64,000 nucleotides of DNA, taken from the NCBI GenBank assembly GCA_963812135.1, contig CAWETU010000001.1:1760001-1824000 (forward strand), given 5' to 3'. Source of the DNA: Vulcanimicrobiota bacterium. Its GTDB lineage: Bacteria > Vulcanimicrobiota > Vulcanimicrobiia > Eremiobacterales > Eremiobacteraceae. The notes under the pieces were generated by a model. The model saw only the letters and a list, made by a program, of their open reading frames with translations, was not told where the DNA came from and did not search any database. A program made the position numbers and the translations under genes. Of this stretch, positions 39,986-50,003 are shown piece after piece. Position 1 is the stretch's first letter. Each line of letters begins with the position of its first letter.

Positions 39986-41632
39986 ATGCGGATGATCGTT
40001 CTTTTCGTCGCGGCCATAGCCGTTTTCTTAAGCGGCTCGACTTCTTCATTTGGTGCAGGCGCGACGCTTCCGAACAGCTCGATCCAAAGCACTATTTCCG
40101 GGCCGCCAAACATCGTGCTGCAGTCGGCGACGATCGCGCTGGCACCGCAATGTCAGCTGGGCAAGACCGTTCTGACGGTCACCGCGACCTACACGAATAC
40201 AGGCGGCTCTCTCGCATCCAACACGCTCAGCCTCATCGCCGCGGACGTCACCAATCCGAATTTCGGCCGGATGGATTTCATACCAGCTCTCGGCGCCGGT
40301 CAGAGCGGGACTATGACGCTCAACGTCGCCTATCTGCAGCCAAATCCGCAAAAGATGGTGGGTCAACACAACTTCGGGGTCGGGCTCTACAACAAGCCGC
40401 CGATGGTCAACGTCAAGGTCACGGTACCGGCCGCCTTCTGTGGCTTCAATCCATCCTCCGTCGGTCTCAGCCCCGCGGTGAGCCACGCGACCAGCTCAAC
40501 CGCGATTGCCAACACGGTCATGAACCCGCCGAACCTGCCGACCCCGGTCAGCTTGAAATACGCGACGGACTACAACACGTGTTCGCAACACCTCGATCAG
40601 GGCACGTGCGAATCCGACATCGAAGGCAAGGCCGCGTTCCTCTGGTGGGACCTGGTGCCGTGCACCGGTTCGAATTGCGTGAACAACATCAGCGGCTACA
40701 ACATCTACGAAGTGCCGCGCGGCTGGCAGCCGCCGCGGCCTCTCGGCGTTACGAATGCCACCGCCGTCAATCCCGGACTCGCATCGACCAACCCGGTGAC
40801 GAGCACCGGCAGCATTGCAGCAGCGCCAGCCCCCAACGCGCCGTCCTCGGGCACGACCGCCAACACCGCGCATGTCAGTGCGCCGTCGAATCCGCAGCTG
40901 ATGAGCGCGCACGTCATGATCCAAAACCCGACGCTGGTGCTTCAGACCGGGCCCAATCCCCGCTTCGCTCAGATGCTTCCGCCGAACACCGTGGGCCGCT
41001 GCTTCAGCGTGGCAGCACGCTGGGCAAGCGTCGAGTCGCTGTACAGCGAGCCGATCTGCATCGCCTCAAATGCGCATGTCGGATACGTGCGCATCACGCT
41101 GGATCCGACTGCGCTCGGCACGATGTATGGCGGCATCCACTGCGCCGGTACGCCACCGTTCGCCCACCCGAGCGGCTCGATCATCGCCGGCGACTCAGAT
41201 ACCAATAGCGGCTGGTGCCCATATTACCAAGGCGTCTTGGCCTTTGACCTGACAGGCTCAGGATTCAACCCGCAGATCATCGCGCACGCGTCGCTCACCT
41301 ACGATTCTCTTGGCTACTTCAATGCCGACGGCAGCACGGACAGCGACCCGTACCAATCTTACGCCTGCAGCACCATCCACGACACGATCTTCGGCGTCGA
41401 AAAGCTCGGCGACCCGCACAACGGTCTCGTGGAGACCGACGCTATGATCGATCAGCTCGGCGGGCATCCTATCAACGTCACCGACACCGTCAACCGCAAC
41501 CTCTATAGCCACACCGGCATGGCGCGCTTTGTGATCGGCCGGGCTGGCGGTATGAGCGAGCCGATCGGCAAGCACTGCTACAGCGAATGGGGCAATTTCC
41601 ATCTCGTGATCGACGCGTACGGCACGCAGTAG
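39986..41632 (+). CDS. Secreted Cys-rich protein with CARDB-like and FN3-like modules
   Basis: Signal peptide; shares the WWDLVPC..C..ISGYNIY..RCFSVAAR..ES..SEPIC module with 38131-39723. Confidence 0.7.
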   Translation: MRMIVLFVAAIAVFLSGSTSSFGAGATLPNSSIQSTISGPPNIVLQSATIALAPQCQLGKTVLTVTATYTNTGGSLASNTLSLIAADVTNPNFGRMDFIPALGAGQSGTMTLNVAYLQPNPQKMVGQHNFGVGLYNKPPMVNVKVTVPAAFCGFNPSSVGLSPAVSHATSSTAIANTVMNPPNLPTPVSLKYATDYNTCSQHLDQGTCESDIEGKAAFLWWDLVPCTGSNCVNNISGYNIYEVPRGWQPPRPLGVTNATAVNPGLASTNPVTSTGSIAAAPAPNAPSSGTTANTAHVSAPSNPQLMSAHVMIQNPTLVLQTGPNPRFAQMLPPNTVGRCFSVAARWASVESLYSEPICIASNAHVGYVRITLDPTALGTMYGGIHCAGTPPFAHPSGSIIAGDSDTNSGWCPYYQGVLAFDLTGSGFNPQIIAHASLTYDSLGYFNADGSTDSDPYQSYACSTIHDTIFGVEKLGDPHNGLVETDAMIDQLGGHPINVTDTVNRNLYSHTGMARFVIGRAGGMSEPIGKHCYSEWGNFHLVIDAYGTQ

Positions 41633-41665
41633 GTTCCTCAGCGGCCGCTGCGCGCGTGCGCCTCG

Positions 41666-44600
41666 CTACGGGGGTCCTCTCGTCGTGAAGGTAATCGATG
41701 ACGTCGCGCTGCGCGTGCCATCGGTCACGATCACCTTCACCCAGTGTTTCAACGACTTCTTCAGGTGGACCGTCGCGCGAGTCACAGGTTCCTCGAATAC
41801 CTGATCGTACCAGCGGTTGCCATCCGGTGAGTATAAGACGGTTGCGAGCAGCGGCGTGCGGAGACCGCTGCTTTCCGTCCATGTCACGGCGACGTCGCTG
41901 GGCGAGCCAAGTTGCGCGTTCGCACTTGGTTCGGTGATCTGCACGCTCGGCGGCGTTTTTGAGATCGGCACTCGCCAGTCCACCCCATCGGGGCCGCGCA
42001 ATATCAGCGCGGCTGCGTGCGCGTTCGTTGGGATCTCGTACGCGAATGCCACCAACCCGCGGCGACGGCCGTTCTCGTCAAACCATTGCGGCTCGAACGG
42101 ATATGCGGCAAGCGTTTTGCCGCTCGCGTCATCGAGTTCAACTGACCAGTGTTCAACGCTGGTCGCTCGGCGTGACGCAAGGTCTGGCACACCGTTGAGA
42201 TCGTACGCCGGCCACAGGAACCCGCCGTACCGGCCGCTCTCCGAGTGCTTCACGGCGACGCCGCGCACGAGCATCACCTCGGGATCGGGATGTTTGACCA
42301 GCGTACGCGCGAGGTTCCAGTACGTGCATTGATCGTTCCATACAGAGTCCACCGGAGATGTCTCGCCGAAGAACGGATAGGTAGCATCTTCGTCTTTGCG
42401 TGGACCGGGAGCGTTGTTCGTGTCGATCCGATACCCGTTCGCCCAATGCACGGCTTTGTTGTGATAATCGCCGGGACGCTTGCATTGCCTCGACATCTGC
42501 GGGCTCGACCAGAGGTACGGCAGCGTGTGAGCCAATTCGTGCGCTTCGGTTAAGAACAGCTGACCCTGCTTGATCAAGACGAATTTCTGGTCGACCGCCG
42601 CCCCCAGCGTGTATGGACCCTCGAGAATATTCATATCGTGCGCGGACACCGTGACGACGAATCGATCGTATCCGGACTCTCGCGCCAGCACCGCGAAGCG
42701 CCGAGACAATTCCGCCTTGACCTTGTCCTCTCGCTTGTACTGATCGTGGAAATCGATGTCTTTTTGCTGGATGCCCGGCCAGGTCACTTTTTCGATCGTC
42801 GGGTTGAGGACGTTGGTGTTCGATAGATCGAGCGGATCGTATGCCCAGCCTTCGATCCAGTGCGGATACACGGGATAGTAGTCTGGAATGAACATCCCGG
42901 CTTGCGTCCCCAAGTCGTCGGAGGCGTTTTCGAGCGCGAGCGCGTCCGCGCCGACGACCGGCGTCAGGATGAGCGGTATGTATGCGATCTTGATGGGCGA
43001 TACCAAGTGCGCGTTGCCGCCAACCGTGAGGACGAGTCCGGTGCCCTGGCCGTCTCCGGTGATCAGCTCGTCCTTGATACTATATGGACCCTGCGCGTCG
43101 ATCTTGAACGGACCGACCGCGGGCGGCGGAACGCCGTCACCGTGAGCGACAAGGTCCGCCTCCCATGGCTCTTCGGCGCCGCGGTGTCCAGTCAGGGGGA
43201 TCTTCGTGACCTCGTCGCTCGTCCATAGCACGCGTCCGAGTGGACCCTCTTCCAGCGTGAACTGCATGCTCACGCCTTTGGGCGGATCGCTGCAGTTGGT
43301 CGTGCCGGCCATGTGGATGATGCTGTGCAGGCCGGCTTGGACTTTCGCTCCCTTATAACGGTAGTGCTCGACGCCGAACAGCAACGAGTCGCGATCCACG
43401 ATCATGTCCAGTTCGGCATCGTAGACGGGCGGATCGCCGGGCCGGCTCGTGCGCGTGATCTGTTTGGTTCCATGATCGTCGAAGATCTGATCGTCTTGCC
43501 ACACCCCTTGGACCGGCTCCATCCAGCCGTCGGTGATCTTGACGTCGCACGGCGTCGGCGTGGGCGATGGGGACGGCGGGTGCGTCGGCGGATATTCGGT
43601 CGGCGTGGCGCTTGGCACGGTCGTCGGCGGGTGGGAAGGAGGCGGCTCCGTGGGCGGTCTCCCGGTCGACAGCAGTGGCGGCGGCGTCTCGTTCTCGCGA
43701 CCGGTCGTCTTTGGCGGTCCGGTGTGCGCAGGCGTTGGGCTGGGCGTGTAATGGACGCCCGGCGGCCGAGACGTCGTCGTCGGCAAGATGCTCGGCCTCG
43801 GTTCGGTCTCGGCGTTGAGGGCGACGAGCGGCGTCTGCACATCGATGACGACGCGCACTTGAAGCTGCCCGGCACGTTGGCCGCGGATGTTCACCTCGCA
43901 CTGCCCATCGACGATCGGAACTCGGGCGCTCGAGCTGCCGTCGGCAAGCGACGCAGCGCCCGTCACATCAAAGCGCGCGAACGCCGGGTCCTTGCCAAGC
44001 CCTTCAACGTGCAGTCCGAGCGGCGCAATGACGCCGGGTTTGAGCGGCGGTAGCGGCGTGAACGTGATCGCGATGATGTCCGCGTTCAATCCGTTGGAGC
44101 GAAGGCTGCCCGATTGGGCGCTGACCACGCGCCTTCCGAGCGAGGCGTTGTCGTGCAGCTTGCCAACGATGCTCGAGTCGGAGGCGGCAAGCGTATCCAC
44201 GTCCGCGTCGCGGCCATCGATCAACACGCGCGCGTTTGTGGGATTGAGATCGCGGGTGTGCAGCTGCATGATCCCTTGCGAAAAACCGCCGCGTTCGAAG
44301 GCGGTGTTCGCTTCCAAAATCGCTGGACCGTGCGCTGGATACCCGATGACGGGCTGCGCATCCGGCAATCGTGCGAGTGCGGGCTTTTCGGCGACCTGGC
44401 ATGACGAACCGCGATCGGGGTCGCCATGAGCGTCGAAATGTTTGAAGAGCACCAATGCCGTGACGCCGCTCGCCAACACCGGCATGCGAAAGTGGAAATG
44501 GCCCTGCGAATCGGTGGCGCCCTTCCAATAGTGCTTGCCGCCACCGCCGTCCACCGCGCCGACGTAGAACTCAGCCGGACCCGTGCCGTCATCGGGCAAC

Positions 44601-44824
44601 ACGGTTCCGACGATCTCGCTCGACGGCCCCGCCAGCGGCGGCAGGTAGACGCCGCGATCGTCGCCCGTGCCGCTCTGCGCTTGCGGCGCGGTCGCGCTAT
44701 AGCGAGGATCCCCATTGAGCGACGCGTCCCCGGGCGCGCTCGGCGCAGCGGCAGCCGCGATGCTGCATGCGCACACGGCGATCATAGCGGCGATTCGCGG
44801 CAGCATTTCTTGATGTAGCTTCAT
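41666..44824 (-). CDS. Large secreted protein with a zinc-metallopeptidase HEXXH motif
   Basis: Signal peptide, Pro/Thr linker, TEAHELAHTL, C-terminal Ig-like PPSVQITEP domain. Confidence 0.7.
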   Translation of the reverse strand: MKLHQEMLPRIAAMIAVCACSIAAAAAPSAPGDASLNGDPRYSATAPQAQSGTGDDRGVYLPPLAGPSSEIVGTVLPDDGTGPAEFYVGAVDGGGGKHYWKGATDSQGHFHFRMPVLASGVTALVLFKHFDAHGDPDRGSSCQVAEKPALARLPDAQPVIGYPAHGPAILEANTAFERGGFSQGIMQLHTRDLNPTNARVLIDGRDADVDTLAASDSSIVGKLHDNASLGRRVVSAQSGSLRSNGLNADIIAITFTPLPPLKPGVIAPLGLHVEGLGKDPAFARFDVTGAASLADGSSSARVPIVDGQCEVNIRGQRAGQLQVRVVIDVQTPLVALNAETEPRPSILPTTTSRPPGVHYTPSPTPAHTGPPKTTGRENETPPPLLSTGRPPTEPPPSHPPTTVPSATPTEYPPTHPPSPSPTPTPCDVKITDGWMEPVQGVWQDDQIFDDHGTKQITRTSRPGDPPVYDAELDMIVDRDSLLFGVEHYRYKGAKVQAGLHSIIHMAGTTNCSDPPKGVSMQFTLEEGPLGRVLWTSDEVTKIPLTGHRGAEEPWEADLVAHGDGVPPPAVGPFKIDAQGPYSIKDELITGDGQGTGLVLTVGGNAHLVSPIKIAYIPLILTPVVGADALALENASDDLGTQAGMFIPDYYPVYPHWIEGWAYDPLDLSNTNVLNPTIEKVTWPGIQQKDIDFHDQYKREDKVKAELSRRFAVLARESGYDRFVVTVSAHDMNILEGPYTLGAAVDQKFVLIKQGQLFLTEAHELAHTLPYLWSSPQMSRQCKRPGDYHNKAVHWANGYRIDTNNAPGPRKDEDATYPFFGETSPVDSVWNDQCTYWNLARTLVKHPDPEVMLVRGVAVKHSESGRYGGFLWPAYDLNGVPDLASRRATSVEHWSVELDDASGKTLAAYPFEPQWFDENGRRRGLVAFAYEIPTNAHAAALILRGPDGVDWRVPISKTPPSVQITEPSANAQLGSPSDVAVTWTESSGLRTPLLATVLYSPDGNRWYDQVFEEPVTRATVHLKKSLKHWVKVIVTDGTRSATSSITFTTRGPP

Positions 44825-44834
44825 CGTCGTTCGC

Positions 44835-45899
44835 TTATCGCGGGGCGGACGCGCCCAGGGGCGCTGCTTGCACCGTGCCGCGAACGCCGTTGGCGATGAT
44901 GGCGCTCTGCGAGCCATCCGATGCTGTTTGCGGGCAGATCGTGATCGAATCCCCCGCGTTCCATCCGCGAGTGGTTTGTTGCATCGTCGGATCGGAGACG
45001 CGGTACGAACCAGCGCTCGTCTCGAGGACCGGTCCGTTCACGCTCGTCACGCGAGCCTCGCGACATGCCGAGGCTTGATGCGCCGGCTGCGCGCTGGGTC
45101 GTGGGAGCACCATGGCCGGGTTCACGCGCAAACGCGGCTTGGACGTGGGCTGAACAGTCGGCGCTTCACTCGGCGTTGCCGCAGCACGCGCCGGTTGCAC
45201 GGCTGCCGCGACTCCGTGAGGCGTCGTACCCACGGGCGCGGTCACGGCTACCGGCGTGGCACGCGGGCTCGCATGAACTTTGTGGGGCGTCGGCGCAGGC
45301 GCGATCGAAGGTGTCTGCGGCGCCGGCATGGTCGAGCTCGGCGTGTGGCGCGGCCACAACAGCCAGACGCTGGCGGCGGTCAAAATGACGGCCGCGCCGG
45401 CGCCAAGCCAGATCGGCCATGCTACAGCGATCTGAGGTTCGACCCGAACCGATTGCTCGATCGTGCGGCGCACGCGCCAGGCGCTGTCGCGCGCTTCTTG
45501 GGCCGCAAGTGCCAGGCGCTCGCGTTCGACTCGTTCTTCTTCTGCCTTCTTGCGCTCGGTCTCCCAATGCGCGCGGAATTTGTCCAACTGCTCGACATAG
45601 GATTTACCGCGATCGGTGACATCCTCGAGCAGGTAGCTCTGTGTCGGTATCTGGCTTGGAGGTTTTTTGGTCGGATCGGTGAGCGATTCGTCATACGCCG
45701 TGCGCTTCTCAGGGTCTTTAAGCGTCAGCCACGCCTCATTGACCGCCGCCATCAGGCGGTGCGTGTCGAGATTGTCGAGCCGGCTGATGTCGGGATGCAC
45801 TTTGATGAGCAGCGCCCGGTAGGCGCCCTCGATCTCCGCGGGCGTCGCTTGCGGGCTCACGCCAAGCAAGTCATAGAATGTGAGATTAGAATCCGACAT
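44835..45899 (-). CDS. Membrane-anchored J-domain protein
   Basis: FYDLLGVSPQA..HPD..VNEAWLTLKDPEKRTAYD; coiled coil, TM, Pro-rich linker, small two-Cys domain. Confidence 0.85.
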   Translation of the reverse strand: MSDSNLTFYDLLGVSPQATPAEIEGAYRALLIKVHPDISRLDNLDTHRLMAAVNEAWLTLKDPEKRTAYDESLTDPTKKPPSQIPTQSYLLEDVTDRGKSYVEQLDKFRAHWETERKKAEEERVERERLALAAQEARDSAWRVRRTIEQSVRVEPQIAVAWPIWLGAGAAVILTAASVWLLWPRHTPSSTMPAPQTPSIAPAPTPHKVHASPRATPVAVTAPVGTTPHGVAAAVQPARAAATPSEAPTVQPTSKPRLRVNPAMVLPRPSAQPAHQASACREARVTSVNGPVLETSAGSYRVSDPTMQQTTRGWNAGDSITICPQTASDGSQSAIIANGVRGTVQAAPLGASAPR

Positions 45900-45984
45900 C
45901 CAGCGATGTAGGTTGGCGGTCTTGCGGCCCCATACATCCCGCGCTCCAGGCGGCCTCGACGGCAAGCGCCAATACTCGCGGCAC

Positions 45985-46779
45985 ATGACATCGTCCTTGC
46001 GAGACCGGGTAGCGCTCATCGCCGGCGCGTCCGGCAGCATCGGGTCCGTGACGGCGCGCGCACTCGCGAGCCGAGGCGCGAGCGTGATCCTGGCCGCGCT
46101 CCCCGATCGCTCGCTCGATGCATTGGCAGACGAGCTTCGCGCGCAGGGCGCGCGCGTGCTCGCCGTGCCGACCGACATCACGCAACGCGCGGATGTCGAC
46201 CGGCTTGTCGCTGCGACGCTTGCAGAGTTCGGGCGTATCGATGTGCTCGTCAACTTGGCGGGCATCGGGGCCCCTCCGTCGTTTTGCGACTGCTCCGCCG
46301 ATAAGATCCGCGACGTGATCGAGGTGAATCTGGTGGGTCCTGCGCTCCTCATGCACGCGGTGTTGCCGACGATGAAGGCGCAGCGCTCGGGCGCTATCGT
46401 CAACGTCGGCTCAATCGCCGGCGAAGTCGCGATCATGGGGATCTATTCCGCCTCGAAATTCGGGCTGCGCGGATTGAGCGACTCGGTGCGCCGCGAAGTG
46501 CGCAGCTTCAACATCTCGGTGAGCCTGATCGAACCCGGTTTGGTGCGCTCGACGATGAACCCGGCGCACGGCGATGCCCTGCCGCCGCCCGACATCGTGG
46601 CGGACGCGATCGTCAGCGCGATCGCCCATCCACGCCGAGCTCGCATCGTGCCTTGGACGTACCGGCTACCAGCACTCTTGGTCAATGCGTTTCCCTGGCT
46701 CAGCGATCTCGTGTTCGGCCATCCGCGCATCCAAGAGCGCATGAACCGCGATTCGCGCGCGACGTCGTCGAGCGAATGA
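45985..46779 (+). CDS. SDR oxidoreductase
   Basis: AGASGSIG, VNLAGI, YSASK. Confidence 0.88.
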   Translation: MTSSLRDRVALIAGASGSIGSVTARALASRGASVILAALPDRSLDALADELRAQGARVLAVPTDITQRADVDRLVAATLAEFGRIDVLVNLAGIGAPPSFCDCSADKIRDVIEVNLVGPALLMHAVLPTMKAQRSGAIVNVGSIAGEVAIMGIYSASKFGLRGLSDSVRREVRSFNISVSLIEPGLVRSTMNPAHGDALPPPDIVADAIVSAIAHPRRARIVPWTYRLPALLVNAFPWLSDLVFGHPRIQERMNRDSRATSSSE

Positions 46780-47609
46780 CGCAACGCGCCGTCGTGGTCA
46801 CGGGCGCTTCCAGCGGGATCGGCGCAGCGGCCGCCGAGCTGCTCGCGCGCGAGGGCTTCCTCACATACGCTGGAGTCCGTTCGCCCGAGGACGGCGCAAA
46901 GATCGCGGCGTTGCACGAGAACATCCGGCCGCTGCGCCTTGACGTCACCGATCGCGACTCGATCGCCGCCGCGGCCGAGGTCGTGGTGAGGAGCGGAGCA
47001 TCGTTGCACGGCCTGGTCAGCAACGCGGGCATCGCGGTCGGCGGCCCGCTCGAGTTCTTGCCGGTCGACGAGCTGCGCCGCCAGTTCGAGGTCAACGTCT
47101 TCGGCGGGGTCGCCGTCAGCCAAGCGTTTCTCCCGCAGTTGCGCGTGTCACACGGCCGGATCGTCTTCGTCGGTTCTGTGTCAGGCCGCATCGCCGTGCC
47201 GTATCTCGGCCCGTACGCCGCGTCGAAATTCGCTTTGCGTGGACTAACCGACGCGCTGCGCGCCGAATTGGCTCCCGCGGGCGTGTTCGTAGCGCTCGTC
47301 GAGCCGGGTTCCGTCAAAACGCCGATCTGGAAAAAGGGGCGAGAATCTCGAGCGCGGCTCGAGCAGACGCTCGGGCCGCAGGCCATCGCGCACTACCGCG
47401 ATGCGATCGACCGATTATTCCGCCAGACCCAAGCCGCCGAACTGGGCGCGATGCCCGTCGAACGCGTGACGGTCGCCATTTGGCACGCGCTCACGGCCCG
47501 GCGGCCGCACACCAACTACCTCGTCGGTTCGAAATTGGCTACCCTCATCGCGACGTTGCCGCCGCGCGTCCGCGACCGGCTCGCCTTTCGCGTCCGTCAC
47601 CTTCACTAA
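46776..47609 (+). CDS. SDR oxidoreductase
   Basis: TGASSGIG, SNAGI, YAASK; ATGA overlap. Confidence 0.9.
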   Translation: MTQRAVVVTGASSGIGAAAAELLAREGFLTYAGVRSPEDGAKIAALHENIRPLRLDVTDRDSIAAAAEVVVRSGASLHGLVSNAGIAVGGPLEFLPVDELRRQFEVNVFGGVAVSQAFLPQLRVSHGRIVFVGSVSGRIAVPYLGPYAASKFALRGLTDALRAELAPAGVFVALVEPGSVKTPIWKKGRESRARLEQTLGPQAIAHYRDAIDRLFRQTQAAELGAMPVERVTVAIWHALTARRPHTNYLVGSKLATLIATLPPRVRDRLAFRVRHLH

Positions 47610-47617
47610 GAGCGGCG

Positions 47618-47827
47618 CTAGCGTTTCAGCTCTACCATGCGGCAACGCGGGCAGTTGTAGAGCTGGAGCGTGATCTTGTCTTCCCCCAGCTCAGCCCACT
47701 GGCCGAGGAAGAACAGCGCTGCTCCGGTCTCGCCCCCGGTTCGAAAATCAAACACGCCGACGTACGATAGCGGTGTCTTGCAACGCACGCAGGCCTCGTT
47801 CGGATCGACGTTCGGCTGTGCGCTCAT
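47618..47827 (-). CDS. Small zinc-ribbon protein
   Basis: CVRC...CPRC in a 69-aa ORF with an AGGG RBS. Confidence 0.7.
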   Translation of the reverse strand: MSAQPNVDPNEACVRCKTPLSYVGVFDFRTGGETGAALFFLGQWAELGEDKITLQLYNCPRCRMVELKR

Positions 47828-47842
47828 GCGGTTTCGCCCTCC

Positions 47843-49165
47843 TCAGCCGCCAAGGCTCGGAAAGATCAACTGCAACGTCGAGATCAACGTAAGCACGCTT
47901 ACGATGATAACCGTCGCCCAGGAGATGATGTTCGAGATAAGGTTGTTGGTGTACGCACCCATCAACATCTTATTGTTGATCAGCAGCAGCATCAAGACGA
48001 GGACAAGGGGCAGCAGCGCCCCATTGAGCACCTGCGACCAGAAGATGATATCCAGCAACGGCGCGCGCGGTATGAGCACGATGGCCGCGCCGATCACGAT
48101 GAGCGCCGCATACAGGCTATAGAAGAACCTGGCGTCGCTGAATTTCTTCTCGACCCCCGATTCGAAACCAAACGCTTCGCACACGTAATACGCAGTCGAG
48201 AGCGGCAGGATGGATGCGGTGAATACGCCCGCGTTGAGCAGACCCAGCGCGAAGAGCAGCGACGCCCATTTGCCCGCCAGCGGCGCGAGGGCCGCAGCCA
48301 GCTTGTTGACATCGTCGACGACGATCTGCCCCGTCGGGCCGGCATGGACGTTGTGCACGTAGATGGTCGCGGCCGCGGCCACCATGATGAAGAACGCGAT
48401 GAAGTCGGTGAAGAGCGCACCGGTCACGACGTCAATCCGCGCGTAGCGCAGCTCCGATGCTTTCACCCCCTTTTCGACGATCGCCGCCTGGATGTAGAAC
48501 TGCATCCAGGGCGAGATGGTCGTGCCGATGATCGCGATCGCCATGAGCAGATACGCTTTGGTCGCCGTGAAATGCGGCCAGACGAACTGGGTCATCGCCT
48601 CGTGCCAATCGGGCCGCACGATGAAACAGCTGACGACGTACGTCAGATAGACGAAGCAGAAGAAAAAGAACACCTTCTCGACGGCGGCGTAGTTGCCGCG
48701 CGTCACGACGGTGAAGACGAATATGGCGACGACCGGGACCAGCAGAAATTTGGTCAGCCACGGGAGATAGGTGTGGAACACCCCTGCGGCGGAAGCAACG
48801 CCGGCGAACTCCGACGTGATCGTTCCCACATTGCCCAATAGAAAGAGCAGCAGCACCCAGAACGTCAGCTTGACGCCGAAGTTCTCACGGATGAGGTCGG
48901 CCAACCCCTTGCCAGTGACCGCGCCCATGCGCGCGCACATCTCTTGGATGACCAGCAGCGCGATCGTCACCGGGATGAGGATCCACAGCTGCGTGTAGCC
49001 GAACTGCGCGCCGGACAGCGAGTACGTCGTGATGCCGCCGACATCGTTGTCGGCGTTGGCCGTGATGATGCCCGGGCCGACCACCGACAAGAATAGGAGC
49101 ACCGATCGCCAGGCGCCGGGCCGGCGGATCGAGAGTCGCTCCTGTGTCTGCTGCAGTGTCGCCAT
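47843..49165 (-). CDS. NRAMP-related magnesium transporter (NrmT-like)
   Basis: GPGIITANADNDVGGITTYS replaces the MntH DPGN motif; QEMCARMG; GTTISPW; preceded by an M-box. Confidence 0.88.
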   Translation of the reverse strand: MATLQQTQERLSIRRPGAWRSVLLFLSVVGPGIITANADNDVGGITTYSLSGAQFGYTQLWILIPVTIALLVIQEMCARMGAVTGKGLADLIRENFGVKLTFWVLLLFLLGNVGTITSEFAGVASAAGVFHTYLPWLTKFLLVPVVAIFVFTVVTRGNYAAVEKVFFFFCFVYLTYVVSCFIVRPDWHEAMTQFVWPHFTATKAYLLMAIAIIGTTISPWMQFYIQAAIVEKGVKASELRYARIDVVTGALFTDFIAFFIMVAAAATIYVHNVHAGPTGQIVVDDVNKLAAALAPLAGKWASLLFALGLLNAGVFTASILPLSTAYYVCEAFGFESGVEKKFSDARFFYSLYAALIVIGAAIVLIPRAPLLDIIFWSQVLNGALLPLVLVLMLLLINNKMLMGAYTNNLISNIISWATVIIVSVLTLISTLQLIFPSLGG

Positions 49166-49243
49166 AAAAACAAAGACCGCCGGCACTCGTCGCACTCAAC
49201 GGTCATGAATAGCAGTGTCGGGCCTACGTGGTCGAGCCCAGCG

Positions 49244-49402
49244 CCCTCATGCGTTGAGTTTTGGCACGACGCGCCATAAAGTCGAGTGACTTAGCCGTCT
49301 TAGATACCGCCTTATTTCGGCGGTGCCTGGTCACCCATTGGGGTCTCTCGACCTTTCCGGGTAGCGGCCTTTCTGCGTGTCGACGCCTCACCTAACGAGG
49401 TC
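49244..49402 (-). ncRNA. M-box (ykoK) Mg2+ riboswitch
   Basis: Minus strand CCTCGTTAGGTGAGGC...GCTACCCGGAAAGGTCGAGAGACCCCAATGGGT...ATAAGG...GTGCCAAAACTCAACG..TGAGG follows the ykoK consensus blocks in order. Confidence 0.93.
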
Positions 49403-49481
49403 TTACTTGGTCGATTCTACCTCCCGTGCCGCCGGGGCGTCAACCCCAGGCACCTCACGATTCCGAGCGGAGCCCCTTCGC

Positions 49482-49898
49482 TTAAGCTCCCGGCATTGCG
49501 TGCAATTCACAGTTGACTATATCGACGGCCACGTTCGTATTGAGCGCTTGCCATTCGGTGAGGATCCTCGTGGTTTGTGGACTCGCCACGAATACGTAAA
49601 TCGATGAGTCGCTCGGATCCCGAATCCATCGGACAAGAGACCTTTCGGGCGCCGGCACCCGGTTCGCCCACTTCTCAATAACGTGTTGTTCGGCTAATTT
49701 GACATGCTCACGTTTGTATGAGTCCGCTGTTGCGGGGAACATCTTTTGATAGATCCAGCAGGTTGGGTTGGGTGAGATGATGATCGGGACATCTAGATTT
49801 GTCGCCGGGGCCTTGACCGTTTGGGCGGTCCGCTGGCAACCCGACAACACCAGGATCGTGAGGATCAGTGGAAGGACGCTAAGGCGAAGACCAATCAT
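49482..49898 (-). CDS. Hypothetical lipoprotein
   Basis: LSGC lipobox; visibly more AT-rich than its neighbours. Confidence 0.6.
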   Translation of the reverse strand: MIGLRLSVLPLILTILVLSGCQRTAQTVKAPATNLDVPIIISPNPTCWIYQKMFPATADSYKREHVKLAEQHVIEKWANRVPAPERSLVRWIRDPSDSSIYVFVASPQTTRILTEWQALNTNVAVDIVNCELHAMPGA

Positions 49899-49928
49899 GA
49901 TAGATCACTCCGCTGGTCCTACGACTCT

Positions 49929-49988
49929 AAAAGCAAAAGCCCCGAGCATTGCTCGGGGCCGCACCCGAGCCGCCCTCGGGTTCTAAAT
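49929..49988 (-). terminator. HU terminator formed by a degenerate family B double-hairpin element
   Basis: gccccgagc-att-gctcggggc stem with a TTTTGCTTTT tail; adjacent cacccgagccgccctcgggttctaaat is 23/27 identical to the imuB copy. Confidence 0.75.
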
Positions 49989-50003
49989 GTCGTGTCGGCT
50001 GAG

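Noticed and set aside
47347..47363. ctcgagc-gcg-gctcgag hairpin resembling half of family B
   Set aside because: No GTAG end or second hairpin, and it lies in an SDR region with no evident length insertion; likely chance
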